From Oopsacas minuta (Eukaryota > Animalia > Porifera), in the NCBI GenBank assembly GCA_024704765.1, contig JAKMXF010000077.1:850534-914533 (forward strand): a DNA stretch of 64,000 bases, written 5' to 3'. Numbering within the stretch: the stretch's first letter is position 1; each line of letters begins with the position of its first letter. The position numbers were made by a program, and so were the translations under genes. This document shows, in pieces, positions 1 to 13,215 of this stretch. Under the pieces are notes generated by a model, which saw nothing but the letters and a program-made list of their open reading frames with translations, searched no databases and was not told the origin of the DNA.

Positions 1-2221
1 CTATTGATATTGGTGCATTAGTCTTGTGTAATGTGCTAACTACTAGGTAATAAGCCAGTATTGAGGCTATTGCTAATATTTATACTTTTTACTTCCAAAT
101 AATTCTAAGAACATAGAATATTCTTGAAAATGGAGAGATGAAGGCATTATTGGTTTCGAATAGTGTGCGATAATGGTGTAGAATCTTCCGCGAAGGCACC
201 TAAAGTTTGGTAGGCGATAAAATGTCTCCCCTGAGTTTGGATCAACAATGAAACTACTGAAAGGGATTGTTTGACCATATTTATGTAAATTTGAGTACTT
301 AGTTACTTGTAGTTTGGGCTGTGAAAGCGTAACAAAAAATATCAGATGATAGCAATAATTTCATTACTGGCTCATGCACTGAACATTTAGTAGTCTGCAC
401 AGTACTCATGAATGAAGCACCAATTTCACTACTGAGCGATTATGCTATTCGCAAATTGGTACAATAAAACAATACATATACCGCTTTTCGCGTGTTAAAT
501 AATTGGCTTGATCAATCCGTATTTTTATCGAAATTATTACTATCTCGTATTAATATGTAATAACTAAAATGTCCAGCCGATAGGCTGTTAGTGCAGCTCT
601 GACCTCTACGTCATGTTTCTTACCAATCACTAAAGTATTTGTCATAACTAAAGGAGGTCGGTTTATCTTTTAGAACGACCTTCTAGCACCAATTTCATTG
701 AAGTGGCTACGATTTCAATGGTTATATTTGTACCGATCCTATGCAATGTGACGGGGCTGGAAATTTCTACCTATGTTCACCGCCATCACATTGACTCTGG
801 TGTAAATATCCTAGAATTAGTGTGATTAAATCAAATTATTAAAATAGTTCAAAGTATAAATATAAGCCTAAATAAGTGGCGTAACCAGCTTTGGCAGACT
901 ACTAGCTCACAGGTAGGACATGGAGTTCGGTGCCGCGAAATCGGGGGAATGTGGTGGGCATAACCTCGTCCAACGTAATTAAGTTTCCGCAAACATGCCA
1001 TCCTGTCTACGCCTCTCTACCTAATGTATTTCAATGTAATTAATCATACAATAAGTCACGTAGATATACATGTGTCCAGATGTGCATAGTAATACGAATA
1101 AATAAATTTTTAACTTTGTTCTTTTAATATTTAGTTTATAATTGTTTTATTTGATTTATTTTTATTATTGTAATTTAATTAATCAAGAGTTGTAATATTT
1201 TTAGTATTAAGCAAATCTTGACAGTTAAAAGTAAAACAAAGCAATATCTAAGAATTCTGGTCAACATAACTTAGAAATCCTTGAATATTTATTAACTTAT
1301 TCCATTCCAATGCTTCCTCTTTGCTCTTTGGAGTGCGATTATTCTAAGAAAAAGTATTTTTTGCTCTGATTACGCAAAAGGCTACTTCAACTCTTAGCAA
1401 TGCAGAGTTCGAGGATTGAAATAGTCAAACACAGAATATTTCCTTCAGAAAAATATTATCAGATAATTTCAATTCTAGTTGTAATAAAAGAGAAATCCAT
1501 TTACATGAGTTAGAGCCATCGTTAACTTGCATATTCACGGCGATGGAAAAGTATGTATTCTCAAGTCTCTTATATAGCTACAGCTATAAAGGAATAAGTA
1601 GCCGTAACATTTGATTCGAAAGATAATTACTGAAATCACAGTGCAAAAGTTAAGTCCGAGTGTTTGAGGTAGGTGCTACAGAAAATAAATATGTATTGAT
1701 GGTCTAGTCAAGAAAGGGTAAATATATTGGAAATTATGAGTAGCCCTCCATCAAATGATGCTGAGTCACATTATATAAGACATATAGTGAACCATTGAGA
1801 TCAAAAATACGTGTTAAATGTTGTAACATATTACAACTCTTAACTAATCAAATCAAATTTTTTTATCATAATAATTCGAACGCTTTTAATACATTTTTAT
1901 AATAATATTTTAAAAACAATAACAAAATTAAGAAAACTATTTACTTGATTATTATGCACATATAGGCACATACTATATGTACGTGATTTATTTTATGGCC
2001 ACATTTGAATACATTTGGCTTATAGTTTGAACATGGGGTTATACAGGGTTCCAAGCACGCTCCTAGCGCTCCTCCCGAATTTTGGTACGCCTAAATAAGT
2101 AAATTTGTGTTACGGTATAGGGAAATATCTAAAATTTCACGCTCCTAAAATTTTCATCTCAGAATCATACGCCTAGAGGAGGGTCCGGCTCTCCCAGTTA
2201 TACCCTTGTATTTGAATCTTA

Positions 2222-2671
2222 TTTGCGAGCCGCTTTGCTTTCTCGCGATTACCGACTTGCGAACACTCTGTGTCAGCATGCAGCTATTTAGAATTGTCTT
2301 TAAAATGTACAGCAATTGACATTATTCACAATTTAGGGTTGATGATAGCATATTTGGAATCAGTGTACCCCATTATGTTAGTATAATCTTAAATCCAAGT
2401 TCTGGAAGTATTTAGAAATATGTTTACCTTAGAATTTGGATTCATAAAACAACAATAAATACATATCAGAAATTTGAAAATGCGAATTTCGTTTTCTGTA
2501 CACTTAATTAACCTAATTTTGCATAAAATGTATTCTAAAGTCTGAGATCAGATTCAGCATGTGTTTACTTTCTTGGTAAACACGATGAATGCATAGTTAT
2601 GCGACTTCTCACTGTCAGAATTGAAAAATTTGATTTCAAAATCGCATTCCATAATCTCTTTGCTTCACAAT

Positions 2672-2714
<43 letters not shown>

Positions 2715-2759
2715 TAGACACACGCAAACAAAATTTTTTTTGCAATTTAATACTTTAGA
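2222..2759 (-). mobile_element. Possible non-autonomous Helitron-like repeat, copy A (degenerate)
   Basis: Shares motifs with 44855-45470 (CTTGCGAACACTCTGTGT, ATATTTGGAATCA). On the minus strand it begins TCTAAAGTATTAAA followed by a (TCTG)n tract, as in many non-autonomous Helitrons. The 3' CTAG is not preserved in this copy. Confidence 0.35.
2672..2720. repeat. (CAGA)n microsatellite
   Basis: Direct reading: agacaaacagacagacagacagacagacagacagacagacagatagaca. Confidence 0.95.
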
Positions 2760-2846
2760 AGCTTGCTAATCTGAATCCTCGCTAATCCACCCGGTCCGTA
2801 AGGTTATACAACTTTTGGAAATATTCTTTAATGTCACAAATAACTA

Positions 2847-3108
2847 CCATATCACCTCGAATAATAGCCGAGGCGGTTATTATTTAATCTCCTGAAATAC
2901 AAGTTACGATGTTGTAAACAATAATTTCTATTTTATCATTCATATGTGCTGCATTGTGTAAATTTATCCTAACAAACAGTAGATTGATCAAAATAGATGG
3001 CAAATGACGATTAACTATAAGCAGTTATTATATTTGGAGGTCCAGGGTGACGGGCGATTATTCGAATGAGGCGATATTTGAGTGGGGCTATTATCCTACT
3101 TAACACGG
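2847..3108. mobile_element. Tc1/pogo-type MITE
   Basis: TA-flanked imperfect TIRs: CCATATCACCTCGAATAATAGCCG at left, and reverse complement CCGTGTTAAGTAGGATAATAGCCC at right. No coding capacity. Confidence 0.55.
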
Positions 3109-3133
3109 TAATTGTTTCCAAATCTATTGTGGA

Positions 3134-5881
3134 CAGGGCCGGATAATCCTTAGTGGACTAGAGGCACTGTACCCAGGCCTACGAAGTTTCTGGGTGCTAA
3201 GAAAGTTATGGACCTAAATTATATACAGTTGAATTCGGATAAGACGTACCCCTTTGGGAAAGAAAATTTCGAATGTACTATCCTAGTGTACGTCTTTTCC
3301 GAATAGAAATGTAATGAAATGAATGGCGACTAAAGTTTTGGAAACAAAGAAATAGTACGTATTAATCTAGTGTGCGTCTTAACCCGATTATGTCTTATCC
3401 GAGTTCTACTAACTGGATTAACAAACTAAGACGAAATGAGTATTAGACGAAATAATGTATGTGTAAATTATTAGTAAGAGGAAATTATTGATTAGAAAGT
3501 AAATTTCAAAGTGGCTTTGATTATTGGAAATGCGATATCAAGAATTCAGTCACATGAATATTCTAAGGAACATCTTTAAGCCAATCTGTTAACCTTGAGC
3601 CTAAAAGGTGAATGGGAATTTGATGTCGAATTAGGGAAACAGTCAGAAAAAGAATTGGATTTTTGTAATCGAGGATTAAAAATATACAATTACAACCTGT
3701 TCAGATAGCTTAGGTATCTTAATTAAAATGTTTAAAAGTGGTACTATTAATTAGATTCATTATGTGTATTGAGATTAAAGATAATATATAATAATGCCTC
3801 AAATTCATTGTGCCACTTATTAAACTATTTTAATTAATAGACTAAGTTGTAGTCACAGATATTACCGATGGCATAATGCTATATGAACACATTATATTAT
3901 TTATTCTGGCCAACTTTAGATGCAAATTGTGATTGGATGGTGGCGTCTATTTCTTAAATTTAGGGAAAACCCAAGAGTGACTTCAAACATTTTGAATAGC
4001 TATTGTCTGAAACTTTCTTAGTGAATTTTAAGAATGTATTTTGGTCAAGAAATTATGGATAAATTGTTGCTGGTGGTCAAAAGTATAATCATTATGTCGT
4101 AATGTGTTGTAGAAATTTTTAACTTAAATCTACACTCAGTAGATTATTTGTGACTTTGAGTATAACTTTGGGCTCTGAATCGCAAATGTTGTGGCCAGAG
4201 CAGTGTACAGAGAGACATGGAAATCCAGTAAAGGCAAATGTGTCTTATCTCCTGTTAATAATATTTGATGAATTCATTGACATATATTAATCACACACAA
4301 GTACTCGCACACCACAAACATATACATTTGTAAATCCTGAAAATATGACTAATATTTGAATATACATACGATAATAACCCTTAAAAGAACTTGTTGACCA
4401 GGATAGTTAACATTCCTGGCAACATGGGTGAATCTTTTCGAATTAAATATTTTCTAGCTTGACATACTCATTAAATGATAATGAGCTAGGAATATTCATA
4501 TTTGTGCCACAACTGATAGAAGTGCCACATTCGATGCATGTGTGCACCACTACGTATGTTTATAAGTATCTTTCAAAATCGACTTACTCCCAACTAAACA
4601 AATAGTTCGAAATCTATTTTAAGAGTCTCAAATGATTTTCATACAGTATTCCATTCTTGTGCCAATTATCTAATGTTGTCCTACCTCTGCCACTTGTAGC
4701 ACAGATATGAAAATGCAAATATGACTACTATATTTTCTCTAATCAGTTCGAAAATACTGGTGTAATGCACACCCGTAGATTGCGAATATGCTATCACAAT
4801 TGCTCCTACTCATTTGTATTGTTGACAATTAGGAATAGAATAATTCCCAGTTTATTGTCTATTTAATTAGTAAAGTTAGCCTAGAAAATATCTAGTTCGA
4901 AAAATATGCATCGATTTAATTAGTACAATGTCAACTAGCACAGTCTAATAGTTCTTTCAATTAATTATTGTATGTCCTTCCAAATATTAGCCGTATTTCC
5001 AAGATGTACAATTGTATATTTTGCTATTTGCAAGTACTTTTGTTCTATTAGTGTACTTGCATATACAATCCCATAATTATCAGAAGAACAAGAAACTAAA
5101 TATTTTGGTTTCAGTATTGATTCTATGGCAGATATAGCTTACATAGACCAACTAACTGTAATTATCAGGTGATGCCTTTCTGATAGACATCTGGATGAAC
5201 GATTTCTTGAATACATTCCGAATAGAACACTGATGGAAAGTATTTGTTTGAAGTATTGCAAAACTTTCTGAAGTCGACTACATAGAATTGATATACCAAA
5301 TACAGCTTACAATCCTAGGACAACGCCGTCAACATGTCTGGGATGTATTCTGATTCCTAGCTCGCTTTCGTAAAAAGAGTTGTTTTGCAGAATGGACTCC
5401 TTGCGCTGCACACAGCCTCAATTTAATTGGATCTACTGCAGTTGAGAATGTAATTCAGCTATTAGGCTTTTTGAAATTCTACAGTCTCTCTACTCAATTC
5501 TTTCAGCTGCACATCAAAAATGGCCAAACTAACACCAACTATACAATGAAAAATCACATGATCCAGAGTTTGTCTGAAACAAAATGGTAGACACGCAGTA
5601 ATGCATCAAAGGCTCTGGTTAAGAACTATTTAGAAACTCCAAGAAGCAGGGATTTAAATATGCACGGTTGTGAAGTTTTATGAATAGAAATGGGGCCGAA
5701 ATTTACACTGTGGCCAGCATTCAGCACCATTTCCAAACACTATGAAATATATTCATAGATATGACTCATTCCATTAATCAACAAACATTTCAAGCTAAAA
5801 TTTAATTTATAGATATATTTTCGGTTGAAATAGCTTTAAAAAAATGGGCCCCTGGCCTACTATTGTAATAATCCGGCCCCG
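3134..5881 (+). mobile_element. Decayed hAT transposon
   Basis: TIRs CAGGGCCGGATAAT / ATAATCCGGCCCCG. 8-bp flanks ATTGTGGA and ACTGTAGA match 6/8. Stop-riddled + strand hAT motifs at ~5190-5620: Q-S-*-DNAVNMSGMY, WTPCAAHSLNLIG, LSETKW. Confidence 0.75.
3226..3411. mobile_element. Tc1/pogo-type MITE nested in the hAT
   Basis: TA then CAGTTGAATTCGGATAAGAC at left; GTCTTATCCGAGTTCTACTA at right (inverted match). Confidence 0.6.
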
Positions 5882-5990
5882 ACTGTAGACAAATACATAT
5901 TGCTCTATTACACATGTTGACTGCCTTCTTAAAGTTTGTTCAACTTTCGAAAGAATGTCTCCCTATATCGTATAGGATTGTTTCAATGTA

Positions 5991-7328
5991 CAGGGTGTCT
6001 CAAAAGTCTTCTCCTCTTATGAATACCACTATAATATAGGATTTCTTATATAGATTCATCTAATTATTTGCCTATATATTCACCATTAAGTTTGATATGG
6101 ATTAATTCGACTTGGCATCCCATCAACTAAATCTCAAGTATCGACGGGCTAATCCCATTCCATATATTTTCCCAATATTTTCCGACCTGTGTTAAATTTG
6201 TAGCGGGCTTTCTCTTGTCTAGCTCTGCTTGCATAATAGACCAAAGATTTTCGATGGGATTTAAATCTGGGGAGTTACTAGGCCAAAGACCTTTCTCCCA
6301 AAAGCCAGGTAGATGCTCTGAAAGCCATTTCTGGGTCCTGATGGCTGTATGGGAAGTGGCGCTATCCTACATGAAAATTTGTCTCGGACATCTTTAGACA
6401 CTTTTTCCTTTGGGTAAGTGGGGTACTAGTCTTTCTAGACTTAAAGGTAAGGAGACAACACTTCTCCAGGACTTCATTAATATAGTAGTCAGTATTCACT
6501 GAGAGTTTTGGGGGGATGAAGTGTAGTTCTGATAGCCCTGACCGGCTTATCATTCCCCAGACCATCATTTTCGGGGGGTTTTGACTGATTCAACTTGGGT
6601 AATGTTATGTGGATTAATGTCCCAAACACGATCATTCTGCCTATTAGTCGGATGGAAAAGCTCAAAAGGGCTTTCATCACTAAAAAGAACTCTTTCTCAA
6701 TCACGATCAGTCCATGTTTTGCGTTCCTGACAGAATTCTAGCCTCTTTACCTTTTGTTTTTCAGTCAATTTCGGGTATAAGGGTCTTTTATAGGCTTTCG
6801 CTCCGATTGTGTCGCGTCAATAACGGTGAATTGTATCTTTACTAACGATCACTGACTTAGAAGAGATATATTTCGCAAGATTTCGGGTTGAATTGTAGCG
6901 TTTCTCGATTGATTTTCGAATTATAATTTTCAGAATCCGGGAAAGCTTCGTCGGACGTCCAGACCGGGGCTTGTCATCAAGCAAATATCCAGCTCTATGC
7001 CTTCTACACCAGTTCCGAACTGTCCGAATTGTAACTCCAAGAGTATTGGCGATTGTTTTCTGTGTTGAACCCGCTTCAATCATGCCAACACTCGCTCACG
7101 AACAGCAAATCTCGGTTTCATGACATCCATGTATGAAATTTGTGAGGTTTGAGAAAAAATATCGAGAATATAAACAGATTATCAAATAAGGAAATGAAGT
7201 ATTCATCATAGAATTGGACTACTATAGACTACTAATAATCTGAAAATGGTTGGTTAGTAAACAATACTGTTCGATTTATAACGACTTCAATCGAAGTACT
7301 GAGGAGGAAAAACCTTTGAGACCCCCTG
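5991..7328 (-). mobile_element. Tc1/mariner element, DD37E (TRT/ITmD37E-like), defective
   Basis: TA TSDs at 5989-90 and 7329-30. TIRs CAGGGTGTCTCAAAAG / rc CAGGGGGTCTCAAAGG. HTH ORF at 6817-7083. The catalytic segment DSATSHTAIRTQKWLSEHLPGFWEKGLWPSNSPDLNPIENLW has 37 residues between D and E. Frameshifts and stops present. Confidence 0.9.
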
Positions 7329-7789
7329 TATTTGGTAAATTCGAAAGAATTATTTTCAATTGGAGCTTTACCGTTCGGATTAGTGAGGATGTGCTGTAAT
7401 ACGATTTGGTTTTAACAACTACACTAGTGGTCCGAATATACCGGGGAGGTTGGATTATATCGGGGGTTTATAATATCCTGAACTAATATAAATATATTAC
7501 CTAAGAACATACTACAATAGCATTCTCTAAAATAGATGCGAGGAAATTCTATAGAATCCAGGTAATTTATGGAAACAAACAGTAAATTAATGTGGTTGAT
7601 TGAATAGCTACTGATTATATTTCTAAATATGTCTCAAATTATGCATTTCAATTGTCTAAAGTATGATATCACGTCATGCGGTTTCGCAAAAGTTATTTTT
7701 GGAGAGAAAGATGCTGCTCTTCAAATTGTATTTAAACCATGTTTTCAGCGTTTTTGCTTCATGACAGTTGTATATTATGACAAATGCGA

Positions 7790-8983
7790 ATAGTTATTTT
7801 ACAAAAATGATTTGTATGAATGGAATATTTCACCAAACCCAGTTTTATGTGTAGAGGTGTTAATAGAATTTTCTCAGGATTTACTAAGGACTGACAACTT
7901 ACACTCTTTATATCAGCAGTTAATTGAAGTCGTAGATGCCACACCTTAACTATTTAGTGGGATTGCCTTGCTCTACTATCCCACTCACAGAGGAAGTAAC
8001 AATATTTCGTGTATCCAGGTTGCATAACCAACAAAAGTCCAATTACCTTCAGATCACCACAGATGTGCCAATTGTAAGAGTGATATCTGATCAGTTTCAA
8101 TAAGATATCCATATTCTCATGAGACTCCTTCATGTGTACTGAATGACCTATCGGTATGGATGGTAATGCATTACCTTTGTGAAGTTAGACTGCCTTGAGG
8201 CTGTACTTAGAAGAACCAATGAAGAGACGCCACTTTGATGGCTCGTGTTGATCACCTAATTACTCCATCACACGATCCACAATGTTACAATAACAAAGAG
8301 ACCCCTGCATTTCAAAATGTGTAGAGAAATAAATTAGACGGGTCCTGAAAAATGAAACTTTAGTTTCCTTATCCAATAAGTTCCAACCCTTCAATCTTGA
8401 CCCAAGCAATTCACTTTGATCTTTTGTCAAATTCAAGTCCCTAACCAAATCATTCAGCTCACTTTGATTAATGATATGGGGAAGTCTTGTTTTGTCAGGT
8501 GGTATAGGCGGAGGTATAAATTCCTCATCATCTTGATCTAACACAGCATATTCAAAAGTATCGTCATCAAAGGAAACTTTCTTAGGCTTAGGTACTTTGA
8601 ATTCTGTAGAATGCTCAACAGGACGAATCGCAGATTGAAGATTGGGATAACATATATTGTTCTTGGTCTTAGAAGTGATTCCTATTATATCAGTCAAGCA
8701 GAAACAACAATCGGTATAATAATCTCTTGGTTCCCTCCATATCATGGGAATAGCAAATTGTATTGGTACGTAGGCCATTTTGCCATTTACTAAGTCCTAT
8801 TGCACATGTTGAGTAACACAAATGACGTGCCCAAGGCTTATCTCGATCACCAATCTTGCAACCGAAATATTACTCGTATCCCTTGTGTACAAGGGGAGAC
8901 ATGTCTCTCACCTGAAATTTTGTATTAAATTCTCCACAAATATAACAGAAAGAATCGGTTGGGTTTGAACATCGACGTGACAT
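7790..8983 (-). pseudogene. Chapaev3-like transposase pseudogene
   Basis: Fragments in ORFs 8260-8778 and 7759-7944 plus the Cys-rich N-terminus at 8790-8983. Interrupted by stops and frameshifts; the C-terminal catalytic part is missing. Confidence 0.65.
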
Positions 8984-9285
8984 TATTGAAAAGAAATAAA
9001 TACAAATACAATCAGATAATCTCCATTTGAAATAGCAAATAATATTCTATTTATTTTAAGAAAATTTGAATTGTTAGACAGTATATACGGAAAGTATTAA
9101 TACATATACAATTATAAATTCTATAGAGATCTATGGAAACATGATTTTGGAAATTTCTGAATTTTACAAAATCTCTGCCTGATAGAGAAAAATTGATTGG
9201 CTATTTGGAATCAGGATACTTGAATACATAAGAAACATAGCGTGTATTCCAGAAGCAAAAAATGATGAAAATTTGTTGGACAGTG
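7790..9285 (-). mobile_element. Chapaev3-like (CMC superfamily) transposon, 3'-truncated
   Basis: Minus strand reads MSRRCSNPTDSFCYICGEF from the ATG at 8983, then YFGCKIGDRDKPWARHLC, FAIPMIWREPRDYYTDCCFCL and EKILLTPLHIKLGLVK, motifs I recall from this family. The minus-strand terminus CACTGTCCAACAAA is at 9285. No matching 3' TIR found. Confidence 0.65.
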
Positions 9286-9368
9286 TATTTGCATATGTTT
9301 CCCCTGATTTTAATTTATTTCCTGGTTTTCTTATACAATCTTTTGATAATCCAGGGAGAGTTTGCAAG

Positions 9369-12300
9369 CAGGCACGTAGCTACGGGGGGGGGCAGTTGCC
9401 CCCCAAAAATTTTTCTTGCCCCCCCAGATAAATTTGAAAGTTTTTGTTTTTATATACAATGTAGTTAGCTTATTAGTAATATTGCTCTATTAGCAACCAG
9501 CTTTTGGGTCCCAAACGGGCTTATAATGTTAATTTCGTTACCTTATTAGCGACCAAATTTCTTCAAAATCCTAGTGCTAATAAGCGAACTCCACTGTAGT
9601 TTATAGCCTATGTACTTCAACTGCATCGTCAAAACTATGACATTAATAACCCGCTCTGCGATGATGGTTTTAATACTAGACAGGAAGTAACGCTCATTGA
9701 TAGTAAACTCGTTCTATTTTGACAGGCACTGAATTTCTACTATAATTTTAATTGAATTACCACAACCGCTAGCGATTGTTGTTAGAAGTTAGCCTGTCCA
9801 TTGAAGTAATTGAAGCATTGGTAATGCTCTTAGGGTTTCAGTTTTCCAAGCTTGTTTTGAAATTTACACATGAGTGTAGCCAATTTAAGATATTCTCTAT
9901 AAGTTATAAAGTCATTCTAAATCATCATATCTTTCACATTTCTGTTCTTCAATCAGTTCAGTGACTCGTATCTCTAACAATTCTAAATGACTAAAAGACT
10001 ACAACAAAGCAAAGTTCAGGCATATTTTAAAAGAAATCGAATAGAAATCGAAGATCATGTCGTCTCTTCAAATTATGGCGAGGTAGAGACTGTTGTTACG
10101 GGTCTTCAAGTTGCGACCCCTTTAACTTCCGATTCTTGTACAACTATTTCAACTCCGAGTTTAAACACGACTCATATACAATCACCAATTGTGACTGTAA
10201 ATGATTTGTCCAAAATGGGAGAAACCAAGGCAGCCTTCTATTATCTTCCCAAAAAATGAGGCCGGTAGACATTTTAGTACTCATTGGTATGCCCAATTCT
10301 CCTGGATAGAGTATAGCAAAGAACTCGATGCTATATTTTGCAAACTGTGTTGGCTTTTTGGAGGATCAACAGCTGAAGCAACGTTTTCAACAAAAGGACT
10401 TTGTGACTGGAGGAAACTTGGCAACAAGTGCAGAAAGCACGATAGTTCTGTGTGTCATATGGCAGGCAACTGTTGAAACACAGAAAGTCTGCGTAATTCA
10501 TCAGATAATAGACACGGTTAATAAGCAACGGTATCCCAATTTTCGAAATGAGAAATTCATAGGTGATATTCGGAAACATTTAATGACTGTTCTTGACATT
10601 ATTACTTTTTGTGCCAAACAAGATATTCCTCTTCGAGGAGATGATGAATCAGATCAGTCGCTTAATAAAGGGAACTTTTTTGAAATATTAGAAATTTTAG
10701 GAAAATATGATAGCAATGTGACCAAGAGGATAGAAAGTCTTCCAGGAAATGCAAAAATGCTAAGCCCAGATATTCAAAATGATTTGTTTACATCACTCGC
10801 TTCAGTGCTTCTAGACTATGTTAAAAGTGAAGTAGAAATCGCGTCTTGTTATGCTATTCTAGCTTAATGAAGTAAAAGATGCATCTAAGAAGGAGTTGTT
10901 AGGTACTTCTTTGCGATATATCCATAAAGGTAATGTCCGAGAAAGAGCTATGGCTTTATTGAATTAAAGGACATGGATGCGGGTACCATCTCTGAAAAAC
11001 TGATAGAGCTACTTAAGCCTTTTGAAGTCGATCCTCTGAAATGTGTAGGGCAGGGTTACGACGGGGCTAGTGTTATGTCAGGAATACACGGTGGTGTCCA
11101 AGCCCGCATGAAAGGAGCAGGTTATCGCAGTGCCACATATGTTCATTATGCTTCACATAGGCTTAACTTAGTATTAGCTGCAACTGCTGAACGACGTCCT
11201 CTGATGAAATCTTTCTTTGATATATTGGATTTGACGTATTCGTTCATGAATGGAACAAAGCGACATGCAGTTTTCATAGACGTCCAGGATGAGCGCTATC
11301 CCAACGTCCAAGCTCTTGAATTAGCACGTTCATGTAGTACTCGTTGGTCTCCCGTTCTTTGAAGCTGGAAAGGTTTCTGAGTCGGTTTGATTGCATACTT
11401 GATACTTTAAGCATATTTGATAATGATAATGATGCAAACACAAGTTTAGCAGCTAAATCTTTACAAGGTAGTCTACAAACAAAGAAATTTATGACCATCT
11501 TAGTTTACTTTGGTAGGCTGTATGATTACTCTGATTTTTGCACTAAAGCTTTTCAGAAGTCGAAAGCAACTGTTTCTTCTTGTTTGATATTACTTGCCGA
11601 TCTGAGGGAAAGGTTGGTCAATTTCGATTTTGACAAGGTTGTCGAATATGCCAAAGATTTGTCCGGTAAATATGCAATCGAAAATGTTGATGTAAGAGAT
11701 ACAATCAGCAGCGGCGTCTTCCAGAAATGTTTAGAGAAGGATATCTAAATAGTTCTGTTGGACACATAAACGCATCCAACTTTGAAGAGCTTGGAATATT
11801 GTTACGCCAAAATGTCCGCGAGATCTCATCAGAATTGGATGCCCGTTTTGTTGCAGATCAATCAGGCATCATGAAGGCTGCTGATTGTTGCTTACCAAGG
11901 TCTCAAAACTTTCTTAACAAACAGGAAATGAATACACTGTCTGAACTGTATGCAATAGATATCAAAGATTGTGAGGTAGAAGTTTTCGTTCGTTTATTGC
12001 TCGGAAAGATGAATCTCAGCTAAATACTTTGATCGATGTACTGGATGTGATTGACAAAGATATTTTCCCTGATGTTTTCAACTTATACCAAATTCTTGTG
12101 ACTATCCCTCAGACGTCTTGTAAGGTTGAGCGAATGTTCTCATCTGTTAAGAGAATAAAAGACGTTTGGGCTCACAAATGACCACTGAGCGTCTCAACCA
12201 TCTTGCTTTGTTATCTATTGAAAAATATTGCAGAAACACTTTGTTATAATGATGTGATTGAACATTTTAAGCAGATGAACCACCGCCACTTTCTTTTGTA

Positions 12301-12550
12301 ATGTCAAATAGTATCCCTGAATTGAGTTTAGTATCTTAATAAATGCTCTTACTATAAAGTAGACTAGTCCAGTGTTCGCTAGCTTAGTACTCTGGTACTT
12401 TAAGAATTAAAAAGGTTATACATGTAAGAAAAGGAGACTGGGTTATACTTGTTATACACAAGTAGTTAACTTTTCAAAAATATTCATCCCTGCATTGCCC
12501 TCCCGAAATACTTCTCGCCCCCTGAATGTCTTGCTCTAGCTACGTGCCTG
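9369..12550 (+). mobile_element. Full-length hAT transposon (ZMYM1-like transposase), defective
   Basis: Perfect 14-bp TIR CAGGCACGTAGCTA / TAGCTACGTGCCTG. 8-bp TSD TTTGCAAG / TTTGCTAG (7/8). Confidence 0.93.
9987..12301 (+). pseudogene. hAT transposase pseudogene (TTF-type Zn finger, DUF4371-like, hAT dimerisation domain)
   Basis: Motifs FSTHWYAQFSWIEYSKELDAIFCKLC, KQDIPLRGDDES, SPDIQNDL, GQGYDGASVMSG, HYASHRLNLV, STRWS and ERMFSSVKRIK are spread over several frames with frameshifts and stops. Confidence 0.9.
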
Positions 12551-13215
12551 TTTGCTAGTGTGCTAAATTCAATTTTTTTGAATTGAATATTCACCCTCAA
12601 TTAGGTCCTAGGGGAGGAGGCGAGCGTGACATTGATCCATGATCTGACTATCTTGGGAACGTCCCAGTTTATGTTTATGCATTATTATTTTTGAATTATT
12701 ACCACATTATATCACATTGGTGTTTACCCGGACACAACTAAATCCAACTAACTTGACAAAGCCAATATCACAGTGGGATATGCATAGATTGAGCATTGAT
12801 CAGCCAAAGTTTCTGCTTTAGTTTGAAAGATCCATTCTTTTGATTCAAACTGATAATATTACTTCCGATAATTATTTAAATGGATATTTTCTTCATAACT
12901 GACTAACAACTGCCTCAACTTCTTTATAACCATAGATTGCATGGATATCGGAATTATTGTGACATGTAAGTAATTCACAAAATGGCATAATGTTGTGAAA
13001 TTTGTCACATTCCTCCGTTTCTATGTAATAGTTTTAATAGATTCTAGCACTATATGAGAAATTTTGATGACAGAGCTCTAGATTTGATACTAATGTCTCC
13101 GCAATGTGCGACTTCCTATAATTGAATATATAGTTTAGATAGTTAGCTCTAACGGTTATTATGTTTTTCCGTCATATCAGGACTAATCTTATATTGCAAG
13201 TTTCTTCATTATTTA

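Noticed and set aside
120-480. Minus-strand open stretches (PKLQVTKYSNLHKYGQTIPF...; QFANSIIAQCEIGASF...) with an acceptor-like TTTCACAG
   Set aside because: No recognisable homology, short, and no consistent exon chain could be built.
875-1016. Possible small hAT MITE (AGTGGCGTAACCAG ... CTGTCTACGCCTCT)
   Set aside because: Ends are too degenerate and there is no TSD.
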